DNA from: a virus
DNA length: 64,000 nucleotides
Strand: one strand, 5' to 3'
Virus record (IMG/VR): IMGVR_UViG_3300006056_000037
Shown: piece by piece, positions 10,009 through 20,092 of the stretch
Numbering within the stretch: position 1 is the stretch's first letter
Layout of the letters: each line of letters begins with the position of its first letter
Notes under the pieces: model-generated
Database searches by the model: none
What the model saw: only the letters and a program-made list of their open reading frames with translations
What the model was told of the DNA's origin: nothing
Program-made: the position numbers and the translations under genes

Positions 10009-11282
10009 AAATCCTCATTATCCGCCATCGCTTCTAACCTCGCAGCGATTCGGTTGAACTGATTGCACGAGTTGTTGGCTGCGCGGAAGATAGCTTCGGA
10101 CTTTAACACGTTTTCAGTAATCCACGTGGCGATATCCGGCAATCCGGTCTGATCCGGTGTGAACTCGCTCTCCTGCTTTGCGGTCACCCAGTACGCCACG
10201 GCATTTGGGTTTGTCGACGCGGAGTAGCCGTCAGGCAGATCCTTAATAGTGGGCTGGTCGCCGTACGTACGGACCGACTGTAATTGCAACATGAGGCGAT
10301 ACCGATTAAACCGCTCCCAGTAATCCAAATCCGATGCGAATTCCCCGTTCTTGCGTTCCTGAAACGTTTGGGCCGCGATCTTGTCGATTTCCCGAATTGC
10401 CAATGAGCGAAACGTGACGACAATCGCCCCGTTGAACAGTGGCATTTCTTTTGAGTATTGCTTGTCCCCGGCCAGGCAGTGAACGAAAGCCATCTTCTCT
10501 GCGTGCGTAGGGTCTTGAACATCCGGCACGGACAAATCCCAAGAGCAATGCGGACAGTGCGTCAAGGTCGCGTTCGCCGCTCCAGTGTCGGATGGCTGTG
10601 TCGGCGTTTCTTTTGCGCGAGGTGCTGCCGGTTTCGGCTCCGGGAAAGGTTCTACGGGAGCTTCGTCGACCAACGGCGTATTTGTTTCGGCTTCCACACG
10701 TTGACGAAAGATTTCAGCAGCCTTAAGTGCGGCAGCTTGTGCTCCCGCACTTCCCTTAACCGTCGTCTCTTTTGCCTGCAGCTGGGCCAAGTTGTTTTTT
10801 GCTGCAGCGTCTGACCGTTCTTGTGCCGTGATACCTTCGACCGTCGTTTTGAGGGCCTCGCGAATCTTTGCACGTTTCGCTTCGTCGAGCGATTCGATTG
10901 GCACCGTTTTTACGTTCAACGGTGCCGGCGGATTTCTCGGATCGTACGGCAGGGGCACCGTTGCAGCTAACTGGGTTGCAACCGCATCCTGGAGCTGCTT
11001 CAACCCTTCCTGACTGGAGGGCAAACCGATATCCGGCGTCCAACCCGTTGCTTCCAACGTCTGTCTTTCGATTTCGGTTAAAGCGCTAGGAGCCACATGC
11101 CCCACGATTTTGCCCGTGGGTAGCGGCGGCGTACCCGTGACACCCGGTAGGGCCTTAGCCGGCGGAGGTAAAGCAGTAGCGCCAGCGACACGTCGCAATA
11201 ACTCCTTTTGTTTCTCCGGGTCCGCTGCGGGTGCCACCGGTTGCTTCTTGCGTTCGAAAGGGTTGATGTTTTGCGGAGGCAT
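9981..11282 (-). CDS. Tail assembly chaperone (gpG-like) with Pro-rich N-terminal extension
   Basis: Position before tape measure; VVTFRSLAIREIDKI chaperone-like segment; CPHC motif; ends NEDFWK at slippery site. Confidence 0.6.
   Translation of the reverse strand: MPPQNINPFERKKQPVAPAADPEKQKELLRRVAGATALPPPAKALPGVTGTPPLPTGKIVGHVAPSALTEIERQTLEATGWTPDIGLPSSQEGLKQLQDAVATQLAATVPLPYDPRNPPAPLNVKTVPIESLDEAKRAKIREALKTTVEGITAQERSDAAAKNNLAQLQAKETTVKGSAGAQAAALKAAEIFRQRVEAETNTPLVDEAPVEPFPEPKPAAPRAKETPTQPSDTGAANATLTHCPHCSWDLSVPDVQDPTHAEKMAFVHCLAGDKQYSKEMPLFNGAIVVTFRSLAIREIDKIAAQTFQERKNGEFASDLDYWERFNRYRLMLQLQSVRTYGDQPTIKDLPDGYSASTNPNAVAYWVTAKQESEFTPDQTGLPDIATWITENVLKSEAIFRAANNSCNQFNRIAARLEAMADNEDFWKPTGEQS
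10008..10014 (-). other. Predicted -1 programmed ribosomal frameshift heptamer G GAT TTT
   Basis: Minus strand AAT GAG GAT TTT TGG AAA; -1 slip enters the TTG GAA ACC GAC frame of 9505..10008. Confidence 0.65.
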
Positions 11283-11307
11283 AAGTCTTTTGTCCTTTAT
11301 TAAAACG

Positions 11308-14052
11308 TTACCGACTCAATTTATAATTCCCGTCCGGCGTAGTCGGTTGGAGTTCACTCAACTGTGGTTCTTCATAAGGCCCAGGACGGTCTCTGTCTCG
11401 ACCTGCAGAAGCGTCAAACATCTTTAATTCTGTAAGCTGTAGCAGCGTTGCTTCGTCTTTCCATTTCTGTTTGCCTGGCCACGGGTATGTCTCACGCCCC
11501 TGACAAATCACAGGCTTCTCGGTCCATTGCGTGCCCCCGGTACCTAGGCCGAATCGCGTGTATTGCTGCCACCGGCTTTCCGTAAGCTGGAATTTGGACG
11601 TCTTATACTGATCCGTGCTGGACAGCGGATCCCGGAAACTAAACTGCAGGGTCTTAATCAGCTCGTCGTCGCCTAGCTGATCCGGCTGATAGTACTTCCG
11701 CACTACGGTCGTTTTGTGGCGGGTCTCCCCAAAAGTCTTGATCTGACCGGCAGCTGTAGCCGCGGAATTGCAGGCGCTCGAGATAGTGCCGGCGAAGTTT
11801 CCGGGAACCTTACCTAAGAACATTCCCTTCTTATCCGCCATAACTCCGGCAGTAGCGAACGATTTCGTACCGTAAACACCACCATCTACAATGATGCCAG
11901 GTTTACCCCCACCGCCGTTGTAGCCAATCAACCGTCCGCCCAACAATAGCTGCACATCGAAAACGGCAGATTTATCTCCGAAATAGTACGTGCGGTTTAT
12001 CGTAGACGACGTTTCGATGGGTCCGTAATTGAACGATACGGCTTTGGTGGTGTAGGTATGAAACTCCCGCCCAAAGAGCTGAACACGCCGCTTGCCTCGA
12101 CTAGCGTCTAGCAGAATGTCTCCTTCACCGAGATCTGCCCCGCCCGTGCGAATATAGACGTCTTTGCCTAAGAGCGATGCCGTGCTTTGTGCTGCACGAA
12201 CAATGACACCGTTCGATACGACATCTTCCCCGTACTTATTTTTAAATTGCTGTTGGTTTCCGGTACCTTTGGACTCCAACAATATGCCGCCCTTCCCTCC
12301 GTTACCGGCCAAGAGCTGCATATTCTTTTCGGCCTTCAGGCGTATGTCTTTGTCCGTAGAAGAGATGTCCACCGAACCCTTGGCCCGCATAACGATCTGT
12401 TCCGCGAGCATTACAATATCGGATCCCGGACACAGCTCGATACCTTTCGGTGCGCTGAGTTTGGCCCGCCCGCCGGCCATGACCAAATCGACACCGCAAC
12501 CGGAGCCTAGGACAACGGAACCGTCGTCGAAGAATCGCAGGAAACTCTCCCGTTCGAAATAGTCGACCTGTCCGTATCTGTGATCGATCTTCAATTGTTT
12601 AGGTTCTGCGTCTGGAACGAAGAAATCGTCTCCACCGAAGTTGATAGATTCCTGCGTTTTGCTCAACTCTTTGAAGTCTGACGGATTCCAAGCTTTGTAG
12701 TCCGCCTTGTGGTAGTGGAACGGGTGCGGATACTTCCAGTTCGCGTCGTAAGCAATGAAGTCTAACACTGCCGCAACTCGCAGCATGGACTTGCTTTCGC
12801 CCGTGACCTCGATGTCGCCGATTTTGTGTTCTTCTCCGCCGCCCTCCAAAGACGAAAATTTGTAGTTACCTCGCTCACCGTCGTCTCCACCCTTGTCTGC
12901 CGCCGGCTTGATTTGCTTCGGAGCCAGGATCGTGCTCCGCTTGCCGATATGCACACTCTTAGCGGACAGTAACGTGTAGGCCCCGTCTAACCCGATGCTC
13001 TCCACGAAAAGTCCAGTATCCGGCGTAGACTGATCTTTGAACTGTTGTGCCCCGCTATCTTTGGCAGGCTTCATTACCAGACGCACGTGACCCTGACCCA
13101 AGTACCCGCCATACTCCTGGTACCGGTAGATCGGCTGCAAATCCTCTTTACCATCCGGTAAATCGATCTTGCCCTTATCTGACGTGTACTGAACTGCCTT
13201 GTCGTCTTGCTCTGCTGTCCATTGCTGTCCGCTTGCATATTGACCCAAAGCTTCGTACGGATAAGTAGCGACGCCGTGAAAATAGCGAGACTCGCCTTCG
13301 TCATCCCCCGCATCAATTTCGTGCACGGACGATTCTATCAGCAGCTGCACGCCAGCCAGACGCAACCAGCTATCGTAGATCGTAGCGAACAGCCCGCACA
13401 TCTCGTTAACACGGACTTGTACAAGTTCATCGTCGATCGTAATTGCCAGACCTGTAGGACAGATCCAGCCTTGTTCTATCGGTGTTTGATCTACTGGACG
13501 CTGATCGCTCCAGTCAATTGTGCCGCCATGTTTGTACAGCCCGGTCACAGGGAACTTGTGCCCAGCTTCACGTTTAAGCCCGCAACCGGATCCTTGCATA
13601 ATCCAGTCTGGAACTACAACGCTACCGTCCGATATAGCAGTCGGTATTGTGTTAAGAATGTAGCCGATATTGAGCCCACGGGGCTTAAACACGAGCACAC
13701 GGTCGTTAGGCCCAGGCATGGAAAGGGACTTGGGTCCCACAGGGGTCAGTGACCCTGCAGACAAAGCACAACATGCAATGCTACCGTTACCTTCTGCCGC
13801 TTGGACTTTGTACCAGTTCAGATAGGGAATGGCGTGAATCACAACCCCGACGAAGATACGTCCGGGCTGATCAAATGTGTGTAATTTTGCTGCAACTGCT
13901 CGGGTTGGGTCTCGGAAGTTGCTAAGACCGGGGAACGCCCCGGACATAGCTTCGACCCCACGAAGTGCGTCATCTAGTTCTAAAACACGCCGGTCATTGG
14001 CCGGCGTAAAAGGACCACGGGCGCTGGCCCCTGTATGCGAGTGGCTACTCAT
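11308..14052 (-). CDS. Baseplate central spike (gp5/gpV/VgrG-like, OB-fold plus beta-repeats)
   Basis: OB-fold-like GRIFVGVVI...SMPGPNDRVLVFK...GYILNTI; later beta-helix-like repeats IVMRAKGSVDISSTDKDIRLKAEKNMQLLAGNG. Confidence 0.6.
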   Translation of the reverse strand: MSSHSHTGASARGPFTPANDRRVLELDDALRGVEAMSGAFPGLSNFRDPTRAVAAKLHTFDQPGRIFVGVVIHAIPYLNWYKVQAAEGNGSIACCALSAGSLTPVGPKSLSMPGPNDRVLVFKPRGLNIGYILNTIPTAISDGSVVVPDWIMQGSGCGLKREAGHKFPVTGLYKHGGTIDWSDQRPVDQTPIEQGWICPTGLAITIDDELVQVRVNEMCGLFATIYDSWLRLAGVQLLIESSVHEIDAGDDEGESRYFHGVATYPYEALGQYASGQQWTAEQDDKAVQYTSDKGKIDLPDGKEDLQPIYRYQEYGGYLGQGHVRLVMKPAKDSGAQQFKDQSTPDTGLFVESIGLDGAYTLLSAKSVHIGKRSTILAPKQIKPAADKGGDDGERGNYKFSSLEGGGEEHKIGDIEVTGESKSMLRVAAVLDFIAYDANWKYPHPFHYHKADYKAWNPSDFKELSKTQESINFGGDDFFVPDAEPKQLKIDHRYGQVDYFERESFLRFFDDGSVVLGSGCGVDLVMAGGRAKLSAPKGIELCPGSDIVMLAEQIVMRAKGSVDISSTDKDIRLKAEKNMQLLAGNGGKGGILLESKGTGNQQQFKNKYGEDVVSNGVIVRAAQSTASLLGKDVYIRTGGADLGEGDILLDASRGKRRVQLFGREFHTYTTKAVSFNYGPIETSSTINRTYYFGDKSAVFDVQLLLGGRLIGYNGGGGKPGIIVDGGVYGTKSFATAGVMADKKGMFLGKVPGNFAGTISSACNSAATAAGQIKTFGETRHKTTVVRKYYQPDQLGDDELIKTLQFSFRDPLSSTDQYKTSKFQLTESRWQQYTRFGLGTGGTQWTEKPVICQGRETYPWPGKQKWKDEATLLQLTELKMFDASAGRDRDRPGPYEEPQLSELQPTTPDGNYKLSR

Positions 14053-14123
14053 CTGGCTATCTCACCCTTTGGGTGCAGTTATGGGTTCTAAGACCCCGAG
14101 AATCCGGTTAGGCGATCTAACCA

Positions 14124-14147
14124 GTTCCAAAAACCACTTTTTGAATT
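14124..14147 (-). repeat. 24-bp dyad motif copy 2 (intergenic, tube/spike)
   Basis: Minus strand AATTCAAAAA-GTGG-TTTTTGGAAC. Confidence 0.85.
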
Positions 14148-14154
14148 AGGTCGA

Positions 14155-14679
14155 TCAACCCTCGAATGCTAGGCCAGAGAACATCAACTGACTGTTCTCG
14201 TTGACCACGAAGTCTTGCGTACTCACAGATACCCCAATGGATACCAATACGCAATACTTCACCGTGTACTTGGCTCGCGGGGCTCGTGCAGCAGCAGCAG
14301 CGGCAGCACCGCCAACAGCCGCGGCTGCAGCGGCACCAGCAGGGGTCGCACAAACGTTCGGAGACAGGTCAAGAACGCACGTGTTGTCACGAGCCTTACA
14401 AACGTCACCAAACGTGTCATAGAACAGCAGCATGGACACACCAGGCCCAACGACGTGAGCAGCGCCCATCGTGCCTTGGCTACGCCCACCAATGTAGTAC
14501 ACCCGAGTCCTTTGTCCGCGATCGCCCAGTTCGTACATGCGGGTGACCGCTTGCTGATAACCGAGCTGCACGTTTTGTAGTAATACGCCGGTCAAACCAG
14601 CGTTCGGAACGATGATTCCGTTTTGGGCGTGCATTGCGCCCCCGAAGTCAACTTCGGTCCGCGTGAATACTTCTGCCAT
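14155..14679 (-). CDS. Tail tube protein
   Basis: Small beta-rich ORF directly after the sheath; LLQNVQLGYQQAVTRMYELG...VYYIGGRSQGT tube-like pattern; ATG 14679 after CACGGAGG. Confidence 0.7.
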   Translation of the reverse strand: MAEVFTRTEVDFGGAMHAQNGIIVPNAGLTGVLLQNVQLGYQQAVTRMYELGDRGQRTRVYYIGGRSQGTMGAAHVVGPGVSMLLFYDTFGDVCKARDNTCVLDLSPNVCATPAGAAAAAAVGGAAAAAAARAPRAKYTVKYCVLVSIGVSVSTQDFVVNENSQLMFSGLAFEG

Positions 14680-14737
14680 GGATCCAAAACCTCCGTGTGG
14701 TAACCCCAAGATACCAAACCTGGGGCGGCTTCCTTAT

Positions 14738-14767
14738 AAAAACGCCAGAGGCGAGTTTGCCTCTGGC
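14738..14767 (-). terminator. Intrinsic terminator-like hairpin between sheath and tube
   Basis: Minus strand GCCAGAGGC-AAACTC-GCCTCTGGC followed by GTTTTT. Confidence 0.55.
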
Positions 14768-14788
14768 TGGTGCTACAACAACTCCACA

Positions 14789-17647
14789 TTAGATCATCAA
14801 GTGAATTTCCATGGAGTTGAACGGATACGGTACGTCGCAACTGAGCTTCAAGACGTACCGGTCTTTCAGCGTCAAGTGCGGACGAAGCTCCACGATCGCG
14901 GCGTCGATGAGCTGTCCTCCTAAGTTCTGTGTTGCCGCTTCGGTCTGCAGCACACGAATAAGGTTGCCAGTTTCCAAGTCGATACGGGCCTGGATAATTG
15001 GCGTCACGTTTGTGATACCAATGAACGGTGTGAAGTGCTCTTGGAAACGATACGTGATCGAGTCCACGTTCCGGGTGAGCATTTCCTCCCGTTGGTTGAT
15101 ATCCGCGTAATCTCCCGTGGTTACGGCGTGCCGCGTGTAGACAGCCCCAATGTTAGTGTCAGCTCCCGTTACCTCTTGAGTAACGATCCAAGCACCACCA
15201 AGTGCCATCCGATCCAGCTGTGCCCGGTTAAACTTGTTGGTCGTGCGGGACACGTCCGTAAACCCAACAATTTCCAGACGAGTAAGACCTTGGTGCGGTA
15301 GTACCCCAGAGCACAACCCAGCCAAGGCACAGTTATGGAAGTAACCTTCCTGTACCGTCCCGCTGGATTCGATCAGATCAGGCCACGTGGCACGGACACG
15401 ACGGGTACCCCAGCTACCGGCGTTAGCTGCAATGACATCGGCTTCTTCGTCTGCAGACAACGCACGCCAGATTTCCACCTTAGCCGCAACGTTGATAGCA
15501 GCGTTCGGTCCGGTAAGTAGCCGCAACTGATCTTCGGACTGCACCGTGTCAATGACGAACTCGCTGTATTCTTCGTTTCCGAAGCCATCAGAGGTATAGG
15601 CACAACGCAAGATGTCGCCGGCACGAACCCCGCTAGCAACCAAGGCCACGTTGCCGCTAGTGAAACGTACCCGTGTGTATTGGGATCCAGACGTATCTGA
15701 ATCGTCTTCAATCACGGCCAAAGCAACTTCCCCGTCCGTAGTCGTCGCAATGGTGTGTCCTGGTACAGTAGAACCCGCGTGGATAACGGGAATCTCTGGA
15801 ACACCTTCCAAGTTTGTCCACAACACTCGCCAAGCCCCTTGTTCCGGACTGGATTGTTGCGTCACGTGCGCTGCGTACAAGTCTAGAACGGTGCGACGGC
15901 GCGTTAACGGCACCAAACCGTAAACATCTTCTCGTCCGAGCAAACGTGTCAAAACATTTGCCCAAGACTCATCGGAATCGGGGTCGCACACGGAGGTGAA
16001 TTTCACTTCAGCTCCGTTGGAGTTTTCCAGGGCCTTGAAGACACCCCATTTCAGTGGATTGTCCGGATGCAAGGCTCCGGAGATCAACGCGTTGATCTCC
16101 CCAACGTCAGCAATCGTACCGACGGTGTTGCACAAGTTGGGCAACCAGTACCGGACATCGACGTACAAGATGCCGTACTTCTTGCTACTCTCGGAATATA
16201 CCTCGAGCGCTTGTTGCACGCCTTCGTCCGTCCAGCTCTCGTCGTACGCCACCACGCCTGCGTGTAACGTCAGTTCCGTGTCACTGGTTTCCCAGTTAAC
16301 CTCTGGAGCAAACCCGATGCGGTTGCGGGTAATCTCCAGCAGCGGTTTCCGAATGAACAGGGTGACGTCGACTTCGCTACCGGCTGCAATACCTGTGTCC
16401 AGGTTGTGTCCCAACTCCAGGGTCCGCATTGGCCCCTCTTGGGTACCGACAGCTTCAATGTAGTAGCGATCACCTTTGCGTAGCGCCAACGTATCAAACT
16501 GAATCAAAACACCTCTGGATCCAACATCGAAATCCGCGGCGGCTCCTGTAACGGTGATCGGACCGCTTAGATCCGTACCGTTCGTGGTAGTGACTTTGTA
16601 CTGGGGCTTGACGGAACCATCGACGGACCCGCCCCGAGTAATCTCCACAATGTAAGTGGTATCTGCAGCGGAATCATACTCTCCGCCTTCGGTTGCCGTC
16701 GGTTCCGTGAATGCTTGATGCACGATCACGTGCCAACGTTGCCCCACAATCAGGTCGTCCGCTGTAACGTCGTCTTGTGCTGCGGACGCAGAACATCCGG
16801 CGGAGTCTGCTTCGTTGAACACAACGACAAGCCCGCGGGTCCCAATGGCTGTTTCGCTTCCAGCCACAGCCGGAGTTACTTCCGCAACGTCGTCTGAACC
16901 CGAACCCGACACCACGCGAATCTTGGCAGAAGTGTAGTCGCCGCGTAACGAAGATTGCGTAACGATGATGTCGTAGGTTTCTGTAATGTACCCGCTTGCC
17001 AACCCGTCGTAATCTGCTGGATCCACGGTTACGGTCACACAGTTGGAAGCCCCCGCGATCTGCGAAATGCTGGACGACAATCCTTGCGTAGCGGCGTTGC
17101 TGGCGTCAGCTTCGACTGCACCAATGGTGGCGTCGACCGTGTCTCCGTGAATCGCTTTCACGTAAGTCCAAAGCGTAACGCTTTGGGCAGAACCGTTGAC
17201 ACCGCGGACCTTCGCCACGTCCCCAACTTTAACGTCCCGATCAAGCAAAACGCTGTGTCGGGAGTAAGTCGTACCGTCGCGGCTTGTGCTGCTTGCGAAG
17301 TTACGCGTAGCGGAACGCACCCGGTTGTTGAACCCGGCCAGCTTCGTAATGACGCTGCCTTGGCTCACCGTGTCTTGGAAGTACTTCAAAAGTGCGTCTT
17401 TCATCCACACCTTTGTGTACGCAGCATCGACCTTGCCGCCAGCTGGCCGGTTAGGCCAGAGATATGCAGTATCGTCGAGGTTGTCGTAGAAACCCAACTT
17501 ACCGCTTTCGCGTTCGTCAGTTTCTGCGTAACGAATCAGCTGAGCGTGTGGGCCAGAAATGTGCGCACGCAACGGTCGTGCCACTACGTTAGGCACGACG
17601 CTGAAATCTTGAAAAGCTAGAACTTGCGGAAGAACATAAGTCGCCAT
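14789..17647 (-). CDS. Contractile tail sheath protein (~952 aa)
   Basis: N-terminus MATYVLPQVLAFQDF (sheath-type Y-x-x-P-x-V); C-terminal sheath-like FNRAQLDRMALGG...RHAVTT...REEMLTRNVD...VPYPFNSMEIHL; followed by tube. Confidence 0.8.
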   Translation of the reverse strand: MATYVLPQVLAFQDFSVVPNVVARPLRAHISGPHAQLIRYAETDERESGKLGFYDNLDDTAYLWPNRPAGGKVDAAYTKVWMKDALLKYFQDTVSQGSVITKLAGFNNRVRSATRNFASSTSRDGTTYSRHSVLLDRDVKVGDVAKVRGVNGSAQSVTLWTYVKAIHGDTVDATIGAVEADASNAATQGLSSSISQIAGASNCVTVTVDPADYDGLASGYITETYDIIVTQSSLRGDYTSAKIRVVSGSGSDDVAEVTPAVAGSETAIGTRGLVVVFNEADSAGCSASAAQDDVTADDLIVGQRWHVIVHQAFTEPTATEGGEYDSAADTTYIVEITRGGSVDGSVKPQYKVTTTNGTDLSGPITVTGAAADFDVGSRGVLIQFDTLALRKGDRYYIEAVGTQEGPMRTLELGHNLDTGIAAGSEVDVTLFIRKPLLEITRNRIGFAPEVNWETSDTELTLHAGVVAYDESWTDEGVQQALEVYSESSKKYGILYVDVRYWLPNLCNTVGTIADVGEINALISGALHPDNPLKWGVFKALENSNGAEVKFTSVCDPDSDESWANVLTRLLGREDVYGLVPLTRRRTVLDLYAAHVTQQSSPEQGAWRVLWTNLEGVPEIPVIHAGSTVPGHTIATTTDGEVALAVIEDDSDTSGSQYTRVRFTSGNVALVASGVRAGDILRCAYTSDGFGNEEYSEFVIDTVQSEDQLRLLTGPNAAINVAAKVEIWRALSADEEADVIAANAGSWGTRRVRATWPDLIESSGTVQEGYFHNCALAGLCSGVLPHQGLTRLEIVGFTDVSRTTNKFNRAQLDRMALGGAWIVTQEVTGADTNIGAVYTRHAVTTGDYADINQREEMLTRNVDSITYRFQEHFTPFIGITNVTPIIQARIDLETGNLIRVLQTEAATQNLGGQLIDAAIVELRPHLTLKDRYVLKLSCDVPYPFNSMEIHLMI

Positions 17648-17687
17648 CTGTTGCCCGCCTCCGTGCGAGTAAGTGTTATTGAATTGT

Positions 17688-18392
17688 TTACTTCGTTTCT
17701 TGAACAAATGCCCCGTCTAACAGGACACTTAGCGGTACCTTTCGTAGCTTCAGAGCCTCCAGACTAATTTGCCATTGCTCAGAGTAGGCCCATGCAACCG
17801 TCACTGGAATTACAAAGGACTCTTTAGCTTCTTCAAGCTCCGCAATACCGCCAACGTCAGTAACTTGCCACGAAAACAGTTTCAGGTATTGCGTAATTAC
17901 TGGATGGAATTGAGAGATTTCTCTCTGTACTTCCGTCGCCAGTATTTCCGTACCTGCACCTGATCCGTGAATGCAAAACAGAGTGTGCGACCCGACCCAA
18001 AAGGTCTGGTATTGCCTATTTCCCTGTCCGTCTGCTCCACCATAATCCGCAATACCTAAGCGGACGTTTTGTCGACCGTTCGACTTGATAATGACGGCGG
18101 GACGCTTCTCTACGAGGTCCCCACGCCATCTGTGTATACTTTCAATCAGTATACCTGTCCGTACCCCCTCTTGCCATACAAGGTGACGCAAGTCCGCCTC
18201 TTCGATCTGGCTGGAAGAACCGAAGTGATTTACGAGTAAATCCCGCAGCAACCCCGTGATCATAAGTGGGTTCCAACCCATACTGCATAACGCAGAAGGG
18301 GTTGGAGGATTCACCTGTCTACTGCGGGGCTTTGTCGGTTGTGGCGTGGTTGGTGAGCACCAATTGTCCGGTGTTGGGATCGACATGGACAT
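17688..18392 (-). CDS. Putative tail terminator / neck protein
   Basis: Directly upstream of the sheath; EKRPAVIIK and terminal beta-strands as seen in tail-completion proteins. Confidence 0.5.
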   Translation of the reverse strand: MSMSIPTPDNWCSPTTPQPTKPRSRQVNPPTPSALCSMGWNPLMITGLLRDLLVNHFGSSSQIEEADLRHLVWQEGVRTGILIESIHRWRGDLVEKRPAVIIKSNGRQNVRLGIADYGGADGQGNRQYQTFWVGSHTLFCIHGSGAGTEILATEVQREISQFHPVITQYLKLFSWQVTDVGGIAELEEAKESFVIPVTVAWAYSEQWQISLEALKLRKVPLSVLLDGAFVQETK

Positions 18393-18609
18393 TCTTTCCT
18401 AATACGCAGTTGATTATGTGTTGCTGGTCTGGCTGATACGTGTGGGGCGATAGCTTGCTTAACCCTATCTTCAATCGGCGTCCCTCAGGTTCTTGTGCCT
18501 GCTGTTGCGGCTGCGAAACCGGAATGGGCGTGTGGGATGCTTTAGGCCGTGGGATAAGTTCCGGAGGGATGCCGGTCGTAGGTGCCGAGTTTCTTGGAAT
18601 GTGTGGCAT
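18319..18609 (-). CDS. Hypothetical Pro-rich protein
   Basis: Fills the gap after 18612..19481 with a GAGGA SD; overlaps the next gene. Confidence 0.4.
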   Translation of the reverse strand: MPHIPRNSAPTTGIPPELIPRPKASHTPIPVSQPQQQAQEPEGRRLKIGLSKLSPHTYQPDQQHIINCVLGKNVHVDPNTGQLVLTNHATTDKAPQ

Positions 18610-18611
18610 GG

Positions 18612-19481
18612 CTAATCCTCTTCTAAGTTGTGCTGCAGTTGATCCGGTACCGGGATAGCGTACGCTATGTGCGTGAACGGAATCAAACGCAACTCCACGT
18701 TCGCTACGATTGGCACGCCACGCATTTCGGCAACGTGGGATACGCGATGCACGAAATAGCGATCATCTGTCTTCTCTGATACCCAGATGTCTTCTTCGTC
18801 CAAAAGATCAACCATCAGCATGGAAGCTTGTACGACAACATCATTGATGGTGCCGCGAGACTGCCCACCGTCTAGCTCCGTGCGTTTTACCCGAGGGCTC
18901 AATTCCGCCCATACGCAAGACATGGGGTAGAAATACCCGCAACGCTTACCGGTGCCGTAACAGGTGGTACATTGCGGATTGCGTATTTCTTTTGTCTGAT
19001 AATCCAAACAGGCGGGGCAATTCTCCCCCGTCCAACGCCGCTTCAGTAGGAACCCTCGCTGCCCCGCATCTCCCACACGCATAATTTGTCTTTTAGATCG
19101 AACCATGTCTCTGGCTAGCCGCCAGGATCTTCGATCCAGTACGCCCATTCCGTGCTCTGGGGCAGACAGGTACACCCCGGCTGGTGTGGTTAACTGCACA
19201 CGGTAATGGGTGAAATTAGTTTTACCCCAAACACGCTGTTCGTCGTCTATCGCGTAGTACTGATCGAGCACAGGCAAGCCAACGTCTTCCCAATCGTCTG
19301 CATCGTTATTGTTCGTAGTGCCTACCTGCAGCTGGAACTCTAACGGACCGGGATCCGTAAAAGTATCCATGAGGGTCCACAGAATTCGCGTGGGTCCTGA
19401 AATGATGTGGGAAACTACAACCCGGTCGAAGACTGGGTCGCACTCACCACACTTGTGTAAGGTTTCAGCAGTCGGATCCAT
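18612..19481 (-). CDS. Putative head closure / neck protein with Zn finger
   Basis: RRWTGENCPACLD...PQCTTCYGTG Cys4 motif followed by a stopper-like beta region; neck position. Confidence 0.5.
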   Translation of the reverse strand: MDPTAETLHKCGECDPVFDRVVVSHIISGPTRILWTLMDTFTDPGPLEFQLQVGTTNNNDADDWEDVGLPVLDQYYAIDDEQRVWGKTNFTHYRVQLTTPAGVYLSAPEHGMGVLDRRSWRLARDMVRSKRQIMRVGDAGQRGFLLKRRWTGENCPACLDYQTKEIRNPQCTTCYGTGKRCGYFYPMSCVWAELSPRVKRTELDGGQSRGTINDVVVQASMLMVDLLDEEDIWVSEKTDDRYFVHRVSHVAEMRGVPIVANVELRLIPFTHIAYAIPVPDQLQHNLEED

Positions 19482-19503
19482 CCGTGGACCTTCTCTGATA
19501 GCT

Positions 19504-19545
19504 AAAAAAAAAACGTGGTATCTCTCATTTAGAGGATACCACGTT
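19504..19545 (-). terminator. Intrinsic terminator
   Basis: Minus strand AACGTGGTATC...GATACCACGTT followed by a long T run. Confidence 0.7.
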
Positions 19546-19574
19546 AGGCTAAGCCCCCGCTACGCTACCTAACC

Positions 19575-19598
19575 AATCTAAAAAGTGGTTTTTAGATT
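19575..19598 (+). repeat. 24-bp dyad motif copy 3 (perfect inverted repeat)
   Basis: AATCTAAAAA-GTGG-TTTTTAGATT. Confidence 0.9.
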
Positions 19599-19911
19599 AG
19601 CGAGGTTTCATAGGAAGCGGTGACCTTCGATAACGTGCCCAAGCTTCGGTATCTTCGAACTTGATAACTTCGGCTTTAACGTCTTCTGCCGTCCTTCGGA
19701 TTGTCTCCGTTGTGGTAACAGTAGTGACGGTCGTAGTAACAGTAGTAGTCACAGTCTTAACGATTTCCACCGTAGGCTTTTTCTTTCGGCCCTTGCGAAC
19801 CTTAGCAGCGTTCCGCTCTGCTCTTGCCGTCCTGAAGATCCTTACGCCGTCTTCGATCAAGTGGGTCTCTGCGAGCTCTGGAAACAACGCGGTAACTAAT
19901 GGATCCTGCAT
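19597..19911 (-). CDS. Small basic hypothetical protein with Thr/Val tract
   Basis: AAAGGTG SD; followed by a terminator; KVRKGRKKKP and TVTTTVTTTVTTVTTT. Confidence 0.55.
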   Translation of the reverse strand: MQDPLVTALFPELAETHLIEDGVRIFRTARAERNAAKVRKGRKKKPTVEIVKTVTTTVTTTVTTVTTTETIRRTAEDVKAEVIKFEDTEAWARYRRSPLPMKPR

Positions 19912-20092
19912 GTGGCACCTTTCGCTATGGATAATTTAGCTGGACTGCTTTAGATGTGACAGGAACGAAATAGGCCTAGTACGCTACCAGGCCGCACTGC
20001 GTTCTATCTAAAGAAGAAGTCGTCCAACTCATGTATTATGACGCGTTTGAGTCGATTATTTAGGCGACCGAGAAGAGCTAGGAGATACTGAG

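Noticed and set aside
891..18392. Tailocin, eCIS or T6SS locus
   Set aside because: Capsid, prohead protease, neck genes and RNR are linked, which indicates a complete phage
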